Shown here piece by piece: positions 1-8,751 of a stretch of 55,820 nucleotides of DNA. The position numbers and the translations under genes are program-made. Origin of the DNA: Candidatus Altiarchaeota archaeon (GTDB lineage: Archaea; Altiarchaeota; Altiarchaeia; IMC4; QMZM01); the NCBI GenBank assembly GCA_016931955.1, contig JAFGDV010000045.1, forward strand, positions 1-55,820. Direction: 5' to 3'. The notes beneath the pieces were generated by a model. That model worked only from the letters and a program-made list of their open reading frames with translations. It searched no databases and was not told the origin of the DNA. Within the stretch, counting starts at the first letter, position 1. Each line of letters begins with the position of its first letter.

Positions 1-1
1 C

Positions 2-39
2 CTTTCTTTAGAAAAGAAAGTGCTTCACCCCAAAGAAAG
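2..39. repeat. Short REP-like palindromic element / possible terminator downstream of argF
   Basis: CTTTCTTT-AGA-AAAGAAAG 8-bp inverted repeat at 2-20, with a further AAAGAAAG half-site at 32-39; may be truncated by the window edge. Confidence 0.45.
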
Positions 40-62
40 ACAAAAACATCCATCAAAGCACA

Positions 63-971
63 TCACCCCAACAACCTCAACAAGATAGCCTTATGAGCAT
101 GCAACCTGTTCTCTGCCTGGTCCCATACAATAGATTCACTTCCATCGATGACTTCATCGGTTATCTCCAAGCCTCTATGAGCTGGCAGACAATGCATCAC
201 CCTGCAGTCCTCCCCAGCAACCCCTAGAATTTCTTTATTTATCTGGTAACCTTGAAAAGCCTTAAGCCTGCCCTCTTCCTCAGACTCCTGCCCCATGCTG
301 ACCCAAACATCCGTGTAGAGGAAATCAACGCCCTCAGCAGCCTCTCTGGGATCGTCTACGACCTTGACACTTGACCCGGTTTTCTCCGCTAATTTAACTG
401 CCCTTCCGACAAACTCACCGACGGGCTCGTATCCCTTAGGCGACGCAACAGTGATGTTAACCCCAGTCATCGCACAACCCAAGAGCAGGGAATTGCATAC
501 ATTGTTGCCGTCTCCGATATACGCCAGGTTAACACCCCTAAGCCTTCCCTTGACTTCATAGATCGTGTAGAGGTCTGAGATGATCTGGCAGGGGTGCTCC
601 ATATCCGACAAACCATTTATGACCGGTATCTCCGCGTTTCCTGAAAGCTCTGTTAGAGTATCATGTTCCAAAACCCTCGCAACTATGCAGTCAACGTATC
701 TGCTCAAAACCCTTGCGCTGTCCTTGATCGTCTCCCCCCGCTCAAGCTGCGTCATAGCCTTGTTCACGACTATGACATCTCCGCCGAGCTGCAATATTGA
801 GGTCTCAAACGATATCCTGGTCCTAGTGGAGGGCTTCTCGAACAGCATCAAAACGACCCTATCCTTGAGTCTGCTGCGATACTCCCCTGGTTTCTTCTTT
901 ATCTTCCCTGTCTCCAGGATAACGGATTCAAGCCCCTTGGGGGATAGGTCGCCGACAGAAAGCAGGTGCAT
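63..971 (-). CDS. argF: Ornithine carbamoyltransferase
   Basis: FEKPSTRTR carbamoyl-phosphate motif, HPCQ, DVWVSMG, MHCLP, QAENR; start reassigned to ATG at 971 (MHLLSVGDL) because the longer ORF overlaps the divergent gene. Confidence 0.97.
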   Translation of the reverse strand: MHLLSVGDLSPKGLESVILETGKIKKKPGEYRSRLKDRVVLMLFEKPSTRTRISFETSILQLGGDVIVVNKAMTQLERGETIKDSARVLSRYVDCIVARVLEHDTLTELSGNAEIPVINGLSDMEHPCQIISDLYTIYEVKGRLRGVNLAYIGDGNNVCNSLLLGCAMTGVNITVASPKGYEPVGEFVGRAVKLAEKTGSSVKVVDDPREAAEGVDFLYTDVWVSMGQESEEEGRLKAFQGYQINKEILGVAGEDCRVMHCLPAHRGLEITDEVIDGSESIVWDQAENRLHAHKAILLRLLG

Positions 972-1014
972 TTTCTCGGATGAATATATTTGTTTGTGAC
1001 TTAAATAGATAAAT

Positions 1015-1944
1015 ATGGAAGAGATAGTAGATAAAGCATACGAGGACATAAAGACTATGAAAGTGCGGGGTGCATTGGATATAGCCATCTCCGCCGCAGA
1101 AACCCTGAAGAAGGTCGTCTTTTCTGATTCAGAGGACACACAGGAACTACTTCAAAAGCTGAAGTCTTCCGGTGAGAGACTGAAGTCCGCCCGACCTACT
1201 GCGGTTTCTCTTCCAAACGCTGTTGATTATATCCTCCACTTGGCCGGAAAAAACAGTGGTCTTGGACTGAAGGACTTCAGGGGGAAATTGTCTGAAAGCA
1301 TAGATGGATTTATCGAGGAACAGAATCAAGCCCTCAAAAAGATTGCTGAGATAGGCTCACATCTTGTTGAAGACCGCGATGTTATATTAACTCATTGTAA
1401 CTCCGATACTGTGGATATGCTCTTGAAGAGGGCCTGGGATGACGGCAAACGGTTTGAGGTCTTCTGCACCGAGACCCGACCCAGATACCAGGGCCACATC
1501 ACCGCCAGAGAGCTTTCATCTCATGGAATACCTACCACGTTGGTCGTTGACTCTGCCGTCCACCTGCTCATGAAGGAGATGAAGGTCGACAAAGTGGTGG
1601 TCGGAGCCGACACCGTCTACGCGAACGGCGACATGATAAACAAGATAGGGACCTCACAGATCGCACTCTGCGCTAAGGAGATGGACGTTGACTTCATCGT
1701 AGCCACGGAGTCCCTGAAGCTCTGCCCGCAGTCTCTCCTCGGCTCCAAGAGGGAGATAGAGTATAGGGATCCGTCTGAGATCATCTCCCCAGATAAGCTG
1801 CCCGGCGTCAAGATTCTGAACCCCGCATTCGACATAACGAATGCAGACTACATCACCGTCTTCGTAACCGAGTTCGGCGTGATACCTCCAGAAGCCGTAT
1901 ACCATCTTCTCAGGGAGAAATTCGGCTGGGAGCTGAAGCTCTGA
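1015..1944 (+). CDS. Ribose-1,5-bisphosphate isomerase (eIF2B alpha/beta/delta family)
   Basis: MKVRGALDIA, RPTAVSLPNA, THCNS, ETRPRYQG, GADTV, INKIGT, NPAFD; size and motifs match archaeal R15Pi rather than MtnA. Confidence 0.85.
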   Translation: MEEIVDKAYEDIKTMKVRGALDIAISAAETLKKVVFSDSEDTQELLQKLKSSGERLKSARPTAVSLPNAVDYILHLAGKNSGLGLKDFRGKLSESIDGFIEEQNQALKKIAEIGSHLVEDRDVILTHCNSDTVDMLLKRAWDDGKRFEVFCTETRPRYQGHITARELSSHGIPTTLVVDSAVHLLMKEMKVDKVVVGADTVYANGDMINKIGTSQIALCAKEMDVDFIVATESLKLCPQSLLGSKREIEYRDPSEIISPDKLPGVKILNPAFDITNADYITVFVTEFGVIPPEAVYHLLREKFGWELKL

Positions 1945-2004
1945 CGGAACTTCTCTAAGACAAACAAAAGTTCAGACCCAGAAAAGCGCTGACGTAAAAG
2001 AAAG

Positions 2005-2032
2005 GGAATTTCCTTCGGCAGATTCCTGTTTT
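2005..2032 (+). terminator. Hairpin with c(UUCG)g tetraloop followed by a T tract, candidate terminator of the R15Pi gene
   Basis: GGAATTTCC-TTCG-GCAGATTCC (one mismatch, one G-U) then TGTTTT. Confidence 0.4.
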
Positions 2033-2035
2033 CGC

Positions 2036-2056
2036 CAGCCTTTTCCTAAAAGGTTG
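2036..2056. repeat. Short palindrome abutting the stop codon of the TadC-like gene
   Basis: CAGCCTTTT-CCT-AAAAGGTTG, 9-bp stem with one G-T pair. Confidence 0.5.
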
Positions 2057-3043
2057 CTATATATCCATCATGCCTCCGAAGATGGTGTCCATCGCGTAGC
2101 TTCCTAGCAGGAATAGGCCTACTGCTATTATTAGGAGCGCTGGCAGGTATTTGAAGCCGCTTTTGTTGTCTCCTTTGAGGATTAAGCCCATGATTATTGA
2201 GCCGAACAGCGAGGTCACTACTAGGGATATTATCGAGAAGCTGTTGATGAATCCTGGGTCCAGGCTTGTTGTTGTGAGGGATATCGGGGCTCCGGCCATT
2301 GCTTCCCCTGATGGCATTCCCTCCGAGATCATCGCCATGTTCTTTGTCAGCAGTTTAACCAGGAAAGACGACATCGCAAACAGTAGGGGTGCGCCTAAGG
2401 CTATGGCGACGAATATGAATATTACGTACATTAAAACCCCGGCGCTTATCTCTTTCTTTATCATCTCCTGGTCTCTGAGGTCGTTTGCTGTCTGGTCCAG
2501 GAGGTCGGCGAGTTTGCCGCCTGATTTGAGGCTGTTTATGATCAAGTCGATGGTCCTGTTCAGATTCTCGGATTTTATCCTCTTGGTTGTCTTCATGAGG
2601 GCGTAGGCGAAGTTTCTACCAGTCATTGTTTCTCTCCCGACCCTTCTGAGTTCGTCTGATAGTGGTCCGAACTCGGGTCTCGCTGCAAGCAGTAATGCTT
2701 TGTCTGTTGTCAGACCTGCCCTGATGTTGGATGACATGAGCTGCAGCGCATCTGGTAGGGCCTCTTCCACTGCCTTCGTCTTCGAGTCTATGGAAAAGGA
2801 AACGAATAGATAGAAGAAGAACTCCAGGGCTAGGAATGATCCCATGAAGCCGATGATGGGGTGTGTTAGCTCAAGCGCGTATGTTATGTAAGCAGAAATG
2901 CAGCTGAAGATGAAACCGAATGTGACGATAAAGCCTAAAAAGTCGTCTGCTTCGGCTTGTATGCTGGAGTAGTCTATCATCTGCTTGAAGTTCTGTCTCA
3001 CCTTCTTTGGGAGGAACCTGATCGCAAATGTGTAGTACGCCAT
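2057..3043 (-). CDS. Type II secretion/type IV pilus platform membrane protein (TadC/ArlJ-like, T2SSF domain)
   Basis: EEALPDALQLMSSNIRAG, EFGPLSDEL, SGGKLADLL and multiple TM helices; start reassigned to ATG 3043 (MAYYTF). Confidence 0.88.
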   Translation of the reverse strand: MAYYTFAIRFLPKKVRQNFKQMIDYSSIQAEADDFLGFIVTFGFIFSCISAYITYALELTHPIIGFMGSFLALEFFFYLFVSFSIDSKTKAVEEALPDALQLMSSNIRAGLTTDKALLLAARPEFGPLSDELRRVGRETMTGRNFAYALMKTTKRIKSENLNRTIDLIINSLKSGGKLADLLDQTANDLRDQEMIKKEISAGVLMYVIFIFVAIALGAPLLFAMSSFLVKLLTKNMAMISEGMPSGEAMAGAPISLTTTSLDPGFINSFSIISLVVTSLFGSIIMGLILKGDNKSGFKYLPALLIIAVGLFLLGSYAMDTIFGGMMDI

Positions 3044-3051
3044 TTTGTTTC

Positions 3052-4002
3052 TTAGCCCATAAGGTTGGGTCTCTTTGACTTTATCACGCTCATGAACATG
3101 AACTGCATGAATGATACTCCAATCAGTAATCCCCAGAAGGTGTTTTCGTTTCCTATCATCTCCATTCCAGGGAAAGTGGATAAGACTATCATGACTGTGA
3201 TTCCAAGTGAGGGGGCTATGACTGCGATCATCATGTACATCATGGCCAGTGGATTCAGCGTTGACTGGTATCTTCTTATCTCCACCAGCTGCTCCTTGGA
3301 AAGGGCTTTTATGACGTTCTCTAGGTTGTCGGCTACGTCGCTCCCTGATTTGAGGGCGTTGACGAGCTGCCATAGGGCTCTTCTGAAATAGATTGATGGG
3401 TTTCTTACGGTGAGCTCTTCAAGGCTTTCGATGACCGGCCTTCCTGCGCGTACCTTCTCTATAACCCCCTTGAATTCTTGGGATATTTCTCCGTAGTCCC
3501 CTGCTGCAATGGAAACAAAGGTGTCGAAGATGGGAACGCCTGACCTTATCTGAACCAGTATTGTCCTCAGAACGAAGAGCAGATTCCTGTCTATGTTTTT
3601 CACTCTCTTGTTCACGATCATATTTGGGTAGGATATGTTCTGAAAAAACATGAAGAAGCCTATGACGCCCCCTATCAAGGGTCCTAGTGCAACGTCCATT
3701 GGCAGTTTTGTCTCCCCCATGACTATTTCACCTTTTAGAACAGGGTTCTTCGCTCCTACGAAGATCATCAAACCTGATATCACAATGGATACTATGATGA
3801 GGGTAAACACGAAGAGGAATAAGCATATTGACATGTACTCTCTCGCATTGACTTTATACTCTGTCGCAATGCCGGACTGCTTCAGGTTCACCCCCATCTT
3901 AGGGAAGACACTGAGAAGTAGGTCTCCGAAGCTTATGAAGAACCTTGCGCCCTCTCTTATGAACCTCGACCTAAGGAATCCTATCTGCTTCCTTTTTGGC
4001 AT
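3052..4002 (-). CDS. Type II secretion/type IV pilus platform membrane protein (TadB-like, T2SSF domain)
   Basis: IDRNLLFVLRTILVQIRSGVPIF, YGEISQEF, RRALWQLVNALKSG; paired with the adjacent TadC-like gene. Confidence 0.88.
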   Translation of the reverse strand: MPKRKQIGFLRSRFIREGARFFISFGDLLLSVFPKMGVNLKQSGIATEYKVNAREYMSICLFLFVFTLIIVSIVISGLMIFVGAKNPVLKGEIVMGETKLPMDVALGPLIGGVIGFFMFFQNISYPNMIVNKRVKNIDRNLLFVLRTILVQIRSGVPIFDTFVSIAAGDYGEISQEFKGVIEKVRAGRPVIESLEELTVRNPSIYFRRALWQLVNALKSGSDVADNLENVIKALSKEQLVEIRRYQSTLNPLAMMYMMIAVIAPSLGITVMIVLSTFPGMEMIGNENTFWGLLIGVSFMQFMFMSVIKSKRPNLMG

Positions 4003-4038
4003 TATAGTGAAATTATTTAACGCCGTCCAATAAAAACT

Positions 4039-6585
4039 TTATGGCGTCATGTCCTCACAGATCAGGGACAGTTCTTTAGGACTCGGGCAGACACAGTCAG
4101 TACATATTTGGGAGTAGACTTGTCTACAACAGCAGCTGAAGCTATTCTCAGGCCACTCCCAGCCATACCAGTGAGCATACTCACATGAAAATCCACAATC
4201 TACTGGCCCCACATCCGGAGGGGTACATTCTTCTTTAGGAGAACCTTCAACTGGCGGGAATTCGTAGCCTTCACTCACACAAAAGTCTAAGCAGTTCACA
4301 GGCACTGGATCGCAGTGATCCCCCACCCCATCAAGATCCAGATCAGATTGGAGAGGATTATATTGCATCGGACAATTATCCTCTGAGTCAGGTATTCCGT
4401 CAACGTCTTCGTCCTGTACTTTCAGGATACAACCATGTTCGTCCGACTCCGGCTTATCTGGATCGCAGACGTATTCTTCGCCGCAGTCGCAGTCTGAGCA
4501 CGTGCATATCTCGCCCACTTCGCAGACTCCGTCACCGCAGACAGAACCTTCATAAATGCAACCCCTATTGTCCGCTTCCTCATCCGATGGATTGCATCTC
4601 CATCCCCCTCTGCAACTGCAGTCACCGCAGGTATCGCACTTCTCCCATGGATCACATAATCCGTCGCCACAGTAGCCTTCAGCGCATCCTCGCTCATCTG
4701 AGCCAGGATAGTTGAGAACACATGAATTCCCGGGAGTACACTCACAGTCTATGTGACAGGAATAACATTTTTCTCCTTGACTGCAGACCCCATCTCCACA
4801 TGTAGTGGCTCCAGGTTCCGGCTGGGGGGGCTCTACGGTGTCAGGTATTCCTGGAATAGGCTTCTCTGATGGGATGCACACGCATGTTTCAGTGCATGTC
4901 TCATCTTCCTCGCAGCCCGTTGGCTCTGCCTTAGGATCGCATTCCTCTCCTGCGATCCCTGGCTGGCCCCAGTTAGGCGGCTGGTATATTAAGCCGTCTC
5001 CGCACCTGGGCGTTATCTTCTGGCACTTGCATTCCTTGGTGCATAATTCCTCTTCACCTACGTTGCATCCTGTTGGATTAGCCTTTGGATCGCACTCTTC
5101 TCCTCGGTTCCTATCAACCACGCCATTGCCGCAACAGCATTTTTCTGGGCATTCTGCATCATCTCCTTCGCAGTTGTTTTCAACCACCTTATCTATTTGG
5201 CCTTGTGTTGGCTTAGCGTCCGGACCTGATGTTGTGCCCATTATGTTTCTCCCATATATTTTTTTATCCTTATCGTAGTCGTCTTCCAGACCCATCATAT
5301 GCCCTGCCTCATGGGCTGCATCGTTGTAGTTCGCTGGAGGATCGCTTCCAGGTATTGCTCTGCTGGTCTGCGTAGACCACCATCCATTAACTCCATTACC
5401 GCCTTTTGATATACCATACATGTAGGCGACGTATTCATTCCCTGAGGTGTCTTTGGGAAGCTGTGTCGTTACATGGACGCAGTGATGATTATCAGGTGGG
5501 GGATTACAGTCTTTGGTCTTGGTTGTTTTAACCTCGAAGTGCACTGGACACTTGCACTCCCCATAGGTTTGGTGGCTGTTTTTCCCGCCATTCCACACGT
5601 CCTCTATCTCAGTCTTCCACTTGTTTATCATATCGTCTGTAGCCTCTCCAGCGAAGGCAATACTTATTGTGATGGTTATATCGCATTCATCCCTTGAGCA
5701 GGAGGTTGCGTCTGCCCCCCCGGATGGGGGTAAGGCTCCTGGCTGCGGCTGAGTGGTTGTGGTTGAGCCGATTGGACGAACCGTAGTTGTGGTTGTGGTA
5801 GTAGTGGTTGATGTGGTCGTATTAGCCAAAGTAGTAGCGATTGTTGTCGCTACCTTATCTGCAGTCCGGCAGCAGCAGACGTAATTCAATGAACATTTAT
5901 CTGAGCCGATGTTTTCCTCCCATGATGAACACACCAGCCTGCAGTCTCCTGTCGAGTATCCCTGCTCCATGCAATTTCGAGTGCACTCCATCCCCGGCTG
6001 GTTTCTATTCCACCAGCTGTTCCATTCTTCCTTGTCAAAGCCATGGTTCTGGCCTGTATAGGATGTTAGGATCACATATGCATAGTCTTTTACCTGCATC
6101 GGCGGCTCGCTTGGTTTTTTCATCCCCTCAGAGGATAATGAGTCCATCAAGACGGTTGTCCCTGATGAATCTCCGAGGGCTAATGCAAGCTGCGCCGCTG
6201 TTACCTTTATTGTAGCATCCGGATCATTGAATCTTGTCTTCAAGTATTCTGTGACTTCTTTTTTTGTCTCCTCATCTGAGCTGCGGGCTATCGCGCTCAA
6301 GGATGAGAGGGCAGCCCATCTCTCAGATTCTGTTCCTTTCTCGGCTAATTCCTTGAGTGTGGGAATCGCAGGCTTTCCCAGGTCCATGACCTCTGACACA
6401 TCAAGGGTTTTTATGTCGACGCCATCAAATTCCCTTATTGAGGATAACACAGCATCCCTCACGTACTCTGTTTCCTCAGCTTCTTCCCCAGCAGGCGGTG
6501 ACTGAACCTTAGGGATAAGAGAATACGCTGCTATGAATCCAAGAACTACGACAATTACTGTCAATGTAATAATTCGCTTATCCAT
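4039..6585 (-). CDS. Membrane-anchored/secreted mosaic zinc metalloprotease with HEAT-like repeats, Cys-rich repeats and thrombospondin type-3 repeats
   Basis: N-terminal hydrophobic helix; [13 protein letters not shown] plus NIMG Met-turn; five CG[DN]G...E.C units; [15 protein letters not shown]...[17 protein letters not shown]; Thr-rich linker. Confidence 0.8.
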   Translation of the reverse strand: MDKRIITLTVIVVVLGFIAAYSLIPKVQSPPAGEEAEETEYVRDAVLSSIREFDGVDIKTLDVSEVMDLGKPAIPTLKELAEKGTESERWAALSSLSAIARSSDEETKKEVTEYLKTRFNDPDATIKVTAAQLALALGDSSGTTVLMDSLSSEGMKKPSEPPMQVKDYAYVILTSYTGQNHGFDKEEWNSWWNRNQPGMECTRNCMEQGYSTGDCRLVCSSWEENIGSDKCSLNYVCCCRTADKVATTIATTLANTTTSTTTTTTTTTVRPIGSTTTTQPQPGALPPSGGADATSCSRDECDITITISIAFAGEATDDMINKWKTEIEDVWNGGKNSHQTYGECKCPVHFEVKTTKTKDCNPPPDNHHCVHVTTQLPKDTSGNEYVAYMYGISKGGNGVNGWWSTQTSRAIPGSDPPANYNDAAHEAGHMMGLEDDYDKDKKIYGRNIMGTTSGPDAKPTQGQIDKVVENNCEGDDAECPEKCCCGNGVVDRNRGEECDPKANPTGCNVGEEELCTKECKCQKITPRCGDGLIYQPPNWGQPGIAGEECDPKAEPTGCEEDETCTETCVCIPSEKPIPGIPDTVEPPQPEPGATTCGDGVCSQGEKCYSCHIDCECTPGNSCVLNYPGSDERGCAEGYCGDGLCDPWEKCDTCGDCSCRGGWRCNPSDEEADNRGCIYEGSVCGDGVCEVGEICTCSDCDCGEEYVCDPDKPESDEHGCILKVQDEDVDGIPDSEDNCPMQYNPLQSDLDLDGVGDHCDPVPVNCLDFCVSEGYEFPPVEGSPKEECTPPDVGPVDCGFSCEYAHWYGWEWPENSFSCCCRQVYSQICTDCVCPSPKELSLICEDMTP

Positions 6586-6607
6586 CAGGTTAGATTATTG
6601 GATGATT

Positions 6608-7219
6608 TTATAATAAGACACACCCTAGGTCAACGACCTTGTCGACTTTTTCTATGATTATGCTATCAGTCGATATCGTGATCTCATTCATTTCAGTTAT
6701 TTCCTTGTCGGCGCTTCTGCTTGTTTTAGCATCCCCTGAAAGCGAGTGCTCCTTAAGCTTGCGTCTTACGTAGGCTGCTAGTTCTCCGCTCTTGGATATC
6801 TGTGAGTCGAAGATGAACAGGACATTCTTTGGTTTGTATTCCTTCAATTTGTAGATTATTTTCTTCAACGCCTTTTTTGTGTCTTCGCCGAATACGTATT
6901 TTGAGAATACCCCTGAGTTGTCTCTCAAGAAGCCGTCCATACCCTCAATAATCTCTTTATCATTCAGAATTGCTTCAACGGTAATCAGAACGTTATAGCC
7001 ATCAACCACAACAGTCTTTCCCTCTATCTTCTCTATTGGTATACTCCTCGACCTATGCAGCCGTATATCCTTCTCAGAGAAAACATACCTCTGCAGGAAA
7101 TTCCTCCCTTTTTTATCCAGCACATAGTGGTCTACAACAAGGTTGAGGGAGGTCCTCTTGTTGTATCCTCTGTCAAGTAGATACTTCAGATCCGATGCTG
7201 CTTCTCTTGTGTTTGACAT
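6608..7219 (-). CDS. DUF434 domain protein (PIN/NYN-like)
   Basis: EAASDLKYLLDRGY, VVDGYNVLITVE, DGFLRD, SKSGELAA, STDS. Confidence 0.8.
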   Translation of the reverse strand: MSNTREAASDLKYLLDRGYNKRTSLNLVVDHYVLDKKGRNFLQRYVFSEKDIRLHRSRSIPIEKIEGKTVVVDGYNVLITVEAILNDKEIIEGMDGFLRDNSGVFSKYVFGEDTKKALKKIIYKLKEYKPKNVLFIFDSQISKSGELAAYVRRKLKEHSLSGDAKTSRSADKEITEMNEITISTDSIIIEKVDKVVDLGCVLL

Positions 7220-7220
7220 A

Positions 7221-8696
7221 TCATGAAATGTGCCTTATGATCAGGTTTATCCCGTTTACGAAGGCTTCGACACTGGCGAGGACTATGTCGCTTCCAACAC
7301 CCTGTGCAGTGATTATCTTATCCTTTGACTTCAGTTTGACCATGACCTCTACTACTGCATCCGTTCCCCCGCTTATCGAGTCCACGTGGTATTCTGCAAG
7401 CTCGAAGGGTACCTCCTTGGTCGCGTTCCTTATGGCATTTATGGCGGCGTCCACGGGACCTGTCCCAGTTGCGGATTCGATGACCTCCTTGCCGTTGAGC
7501 CTTATCTTCACGGACGCTGTGGGCGTTAACTTATTGCCTGCGACTGCAACCAGTTCGTCCACCTCTATAGCTCGTCTCACGTCTATGCCCATCACCGAGT
7601 GCGCGATCGCCTCCAAGTCCACGTTAGTTACCCTCTTGCCTTTGTCGCCCAGATACTTGACCTGATCGAATACCGCCCTGAGTTGCTCGTCATCCACTGA
7701 GATACTAAGATCCTGCAGCATCACTTTTACGGATTTCATGCCCACGTGCTTTCCTAAGACGAACCTCCTCTTGAATCCGACTGATTCGGGCTTTATGGCT
7801 TCATAGGTTTCCGGCTTCTTTAGGATGCCATCAACGTGGATTCCAGCTTCGTGAGTGAACGCATTCTCTCCGACGATGGCTTTGTTTGGCGCAACCGGAA
7901 TCTCGCACAACTTCTCCACCAGCTTGGAGACACTAGCTATCTTCTGCGTGTCTATGTTGGTCTCAAAATTGTAAACCAACTTCAGCGCCATGACTACCTC
8001 TTCCAGTGACGCGTTCCCCGCCCTCTCCCCAAGACCGTTGACTGTGACATCAACCACTGAAGCGCCGGCTTTTACTGCCGCCAGCGTGTTCGCAGTAGCG
8101 AGTCCAAGGTCGTCATGGCAGTGCACTCCCAACGGAACCTTGGCCTTTTTTATCAGCTGGGAGAACATCTCTGACATCTTTTCTGGAATCATTATTCCAA
8201 CGGTGTCCGCTAAAGTGAACCTGTCTATCCCATATCCATTAGCTGAGTCAATAAGCTTGGCCAGGAATTTAACGTCCGACCTGGAGCCGTCTTCGGCGCA
8301 TAAATCAACTATGAGACCGTGATCCTTACAGTACTGTATTGCATCTAGGGTCTTCTCAACAAGACCATCCCTTGTGGTCCCCAGCTTGTATTTTATGTGG
8401 AGGTCTGATGTCGGCGCGACCAAGAATATAGAGTCAACATCACAGGACATGGCAGAGTCTATGTCACCTCTCAGGATCCTACAGTAGGTGGATATCTCAG
8501 CCTTCAAGCCCTCGTTTGCTATGAGCTTTATACCTTCCCGTTCACCCTCGCTGGTTATCGCCGAACCCGCTTCGATAACGTCAACACCTAAGTCGTCTAA
8601 GGCCTTCGCTATCCTCAGCTTCTCATCAGGGGTAAGCGAAACACCCGGCGTCTGCTCCCCATCCCTTAGCGTCGTATCAAATACCTTTATCTTCAT
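7221..8696 (-). CDS. cimA: (R)-citramalate synthase (LeuA/CimA family)
   Basis: FDTTLRDGEQTPGVSLTP, EAGSAITSEGEREGIK, HCHDD, NGLGERAGNA and C-terminal regulatory domain; closely resembles methanococcal CimA from recall, LeuA not excluded. Confidence 0.8.
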   Translation of the reverse strand: MKIKVFDTTLRDGEQTPGVSLTPDEKLRIAKALDDLGVDVIEAGSAITSEGEREGIKLIANEGLKAEISTYCRILRGDIDSAMSCDVDSIFLVAPTSDLHIKYKLGTTRDGLVEKTLDAIQYCKDHGLIVDLCAEDGSRSDVKFLAKLIDSANGYGIDRFTLADTVGIMIPEKMSEMFSQLIKKAKVPLGVHCHDDLGLATANTLAAVKAGASVVDVTVNGLGERAGNASLEEVVMALKLVYNFETNIDTQKIASVSKLVEKLCEIPVAPNKAIVGENAFTHEAGIHVDGILKKPETYEAIKPESVGFKRRFVLGKHVGMKSVKVMLQDLSISVDDEQLRAVFDQVKYLGDKGKRVTNVDLEAIAHSVMGIDVRRAIEVDELVAVAGNKLTPTASVKIRLNGKEVIESATGTGPVDAAINAIRNATKEVPFELAEYHVDSISGGTDAVVEVMVKLKSKDKIITAQGVGSDIVLASVEAFVNGINLIIRHIS

Positions 8697-8751
8697 TTCA
8701 CTATTCAAGGATATATATCTAAGTTAACATAATTAAAATAGGGAGTAATAA

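Noticed and set aside
972-1139. 56-aa N-terminal extension of ArgF in the ORF track
   Set aside because: Antisense to the R15Pi gene and spans the promoter; OTCase homology starts at MHLLS (971)
3044-3373. 110-aa N-terminal extension of the TadC-like ORF
   Set aside because: Overlaps the TadB-like gene in another frame and is not protein-like; ATG 3043 follows the upstream stop by 8 bp
5750-5855. GTT/GTG/GTA triplet runs here and at 53760-53925, as possible tandem repeats or CRISPR
   Set aside because: They encode Thr-rich linkers; no fixed repeat-spacer periodicity
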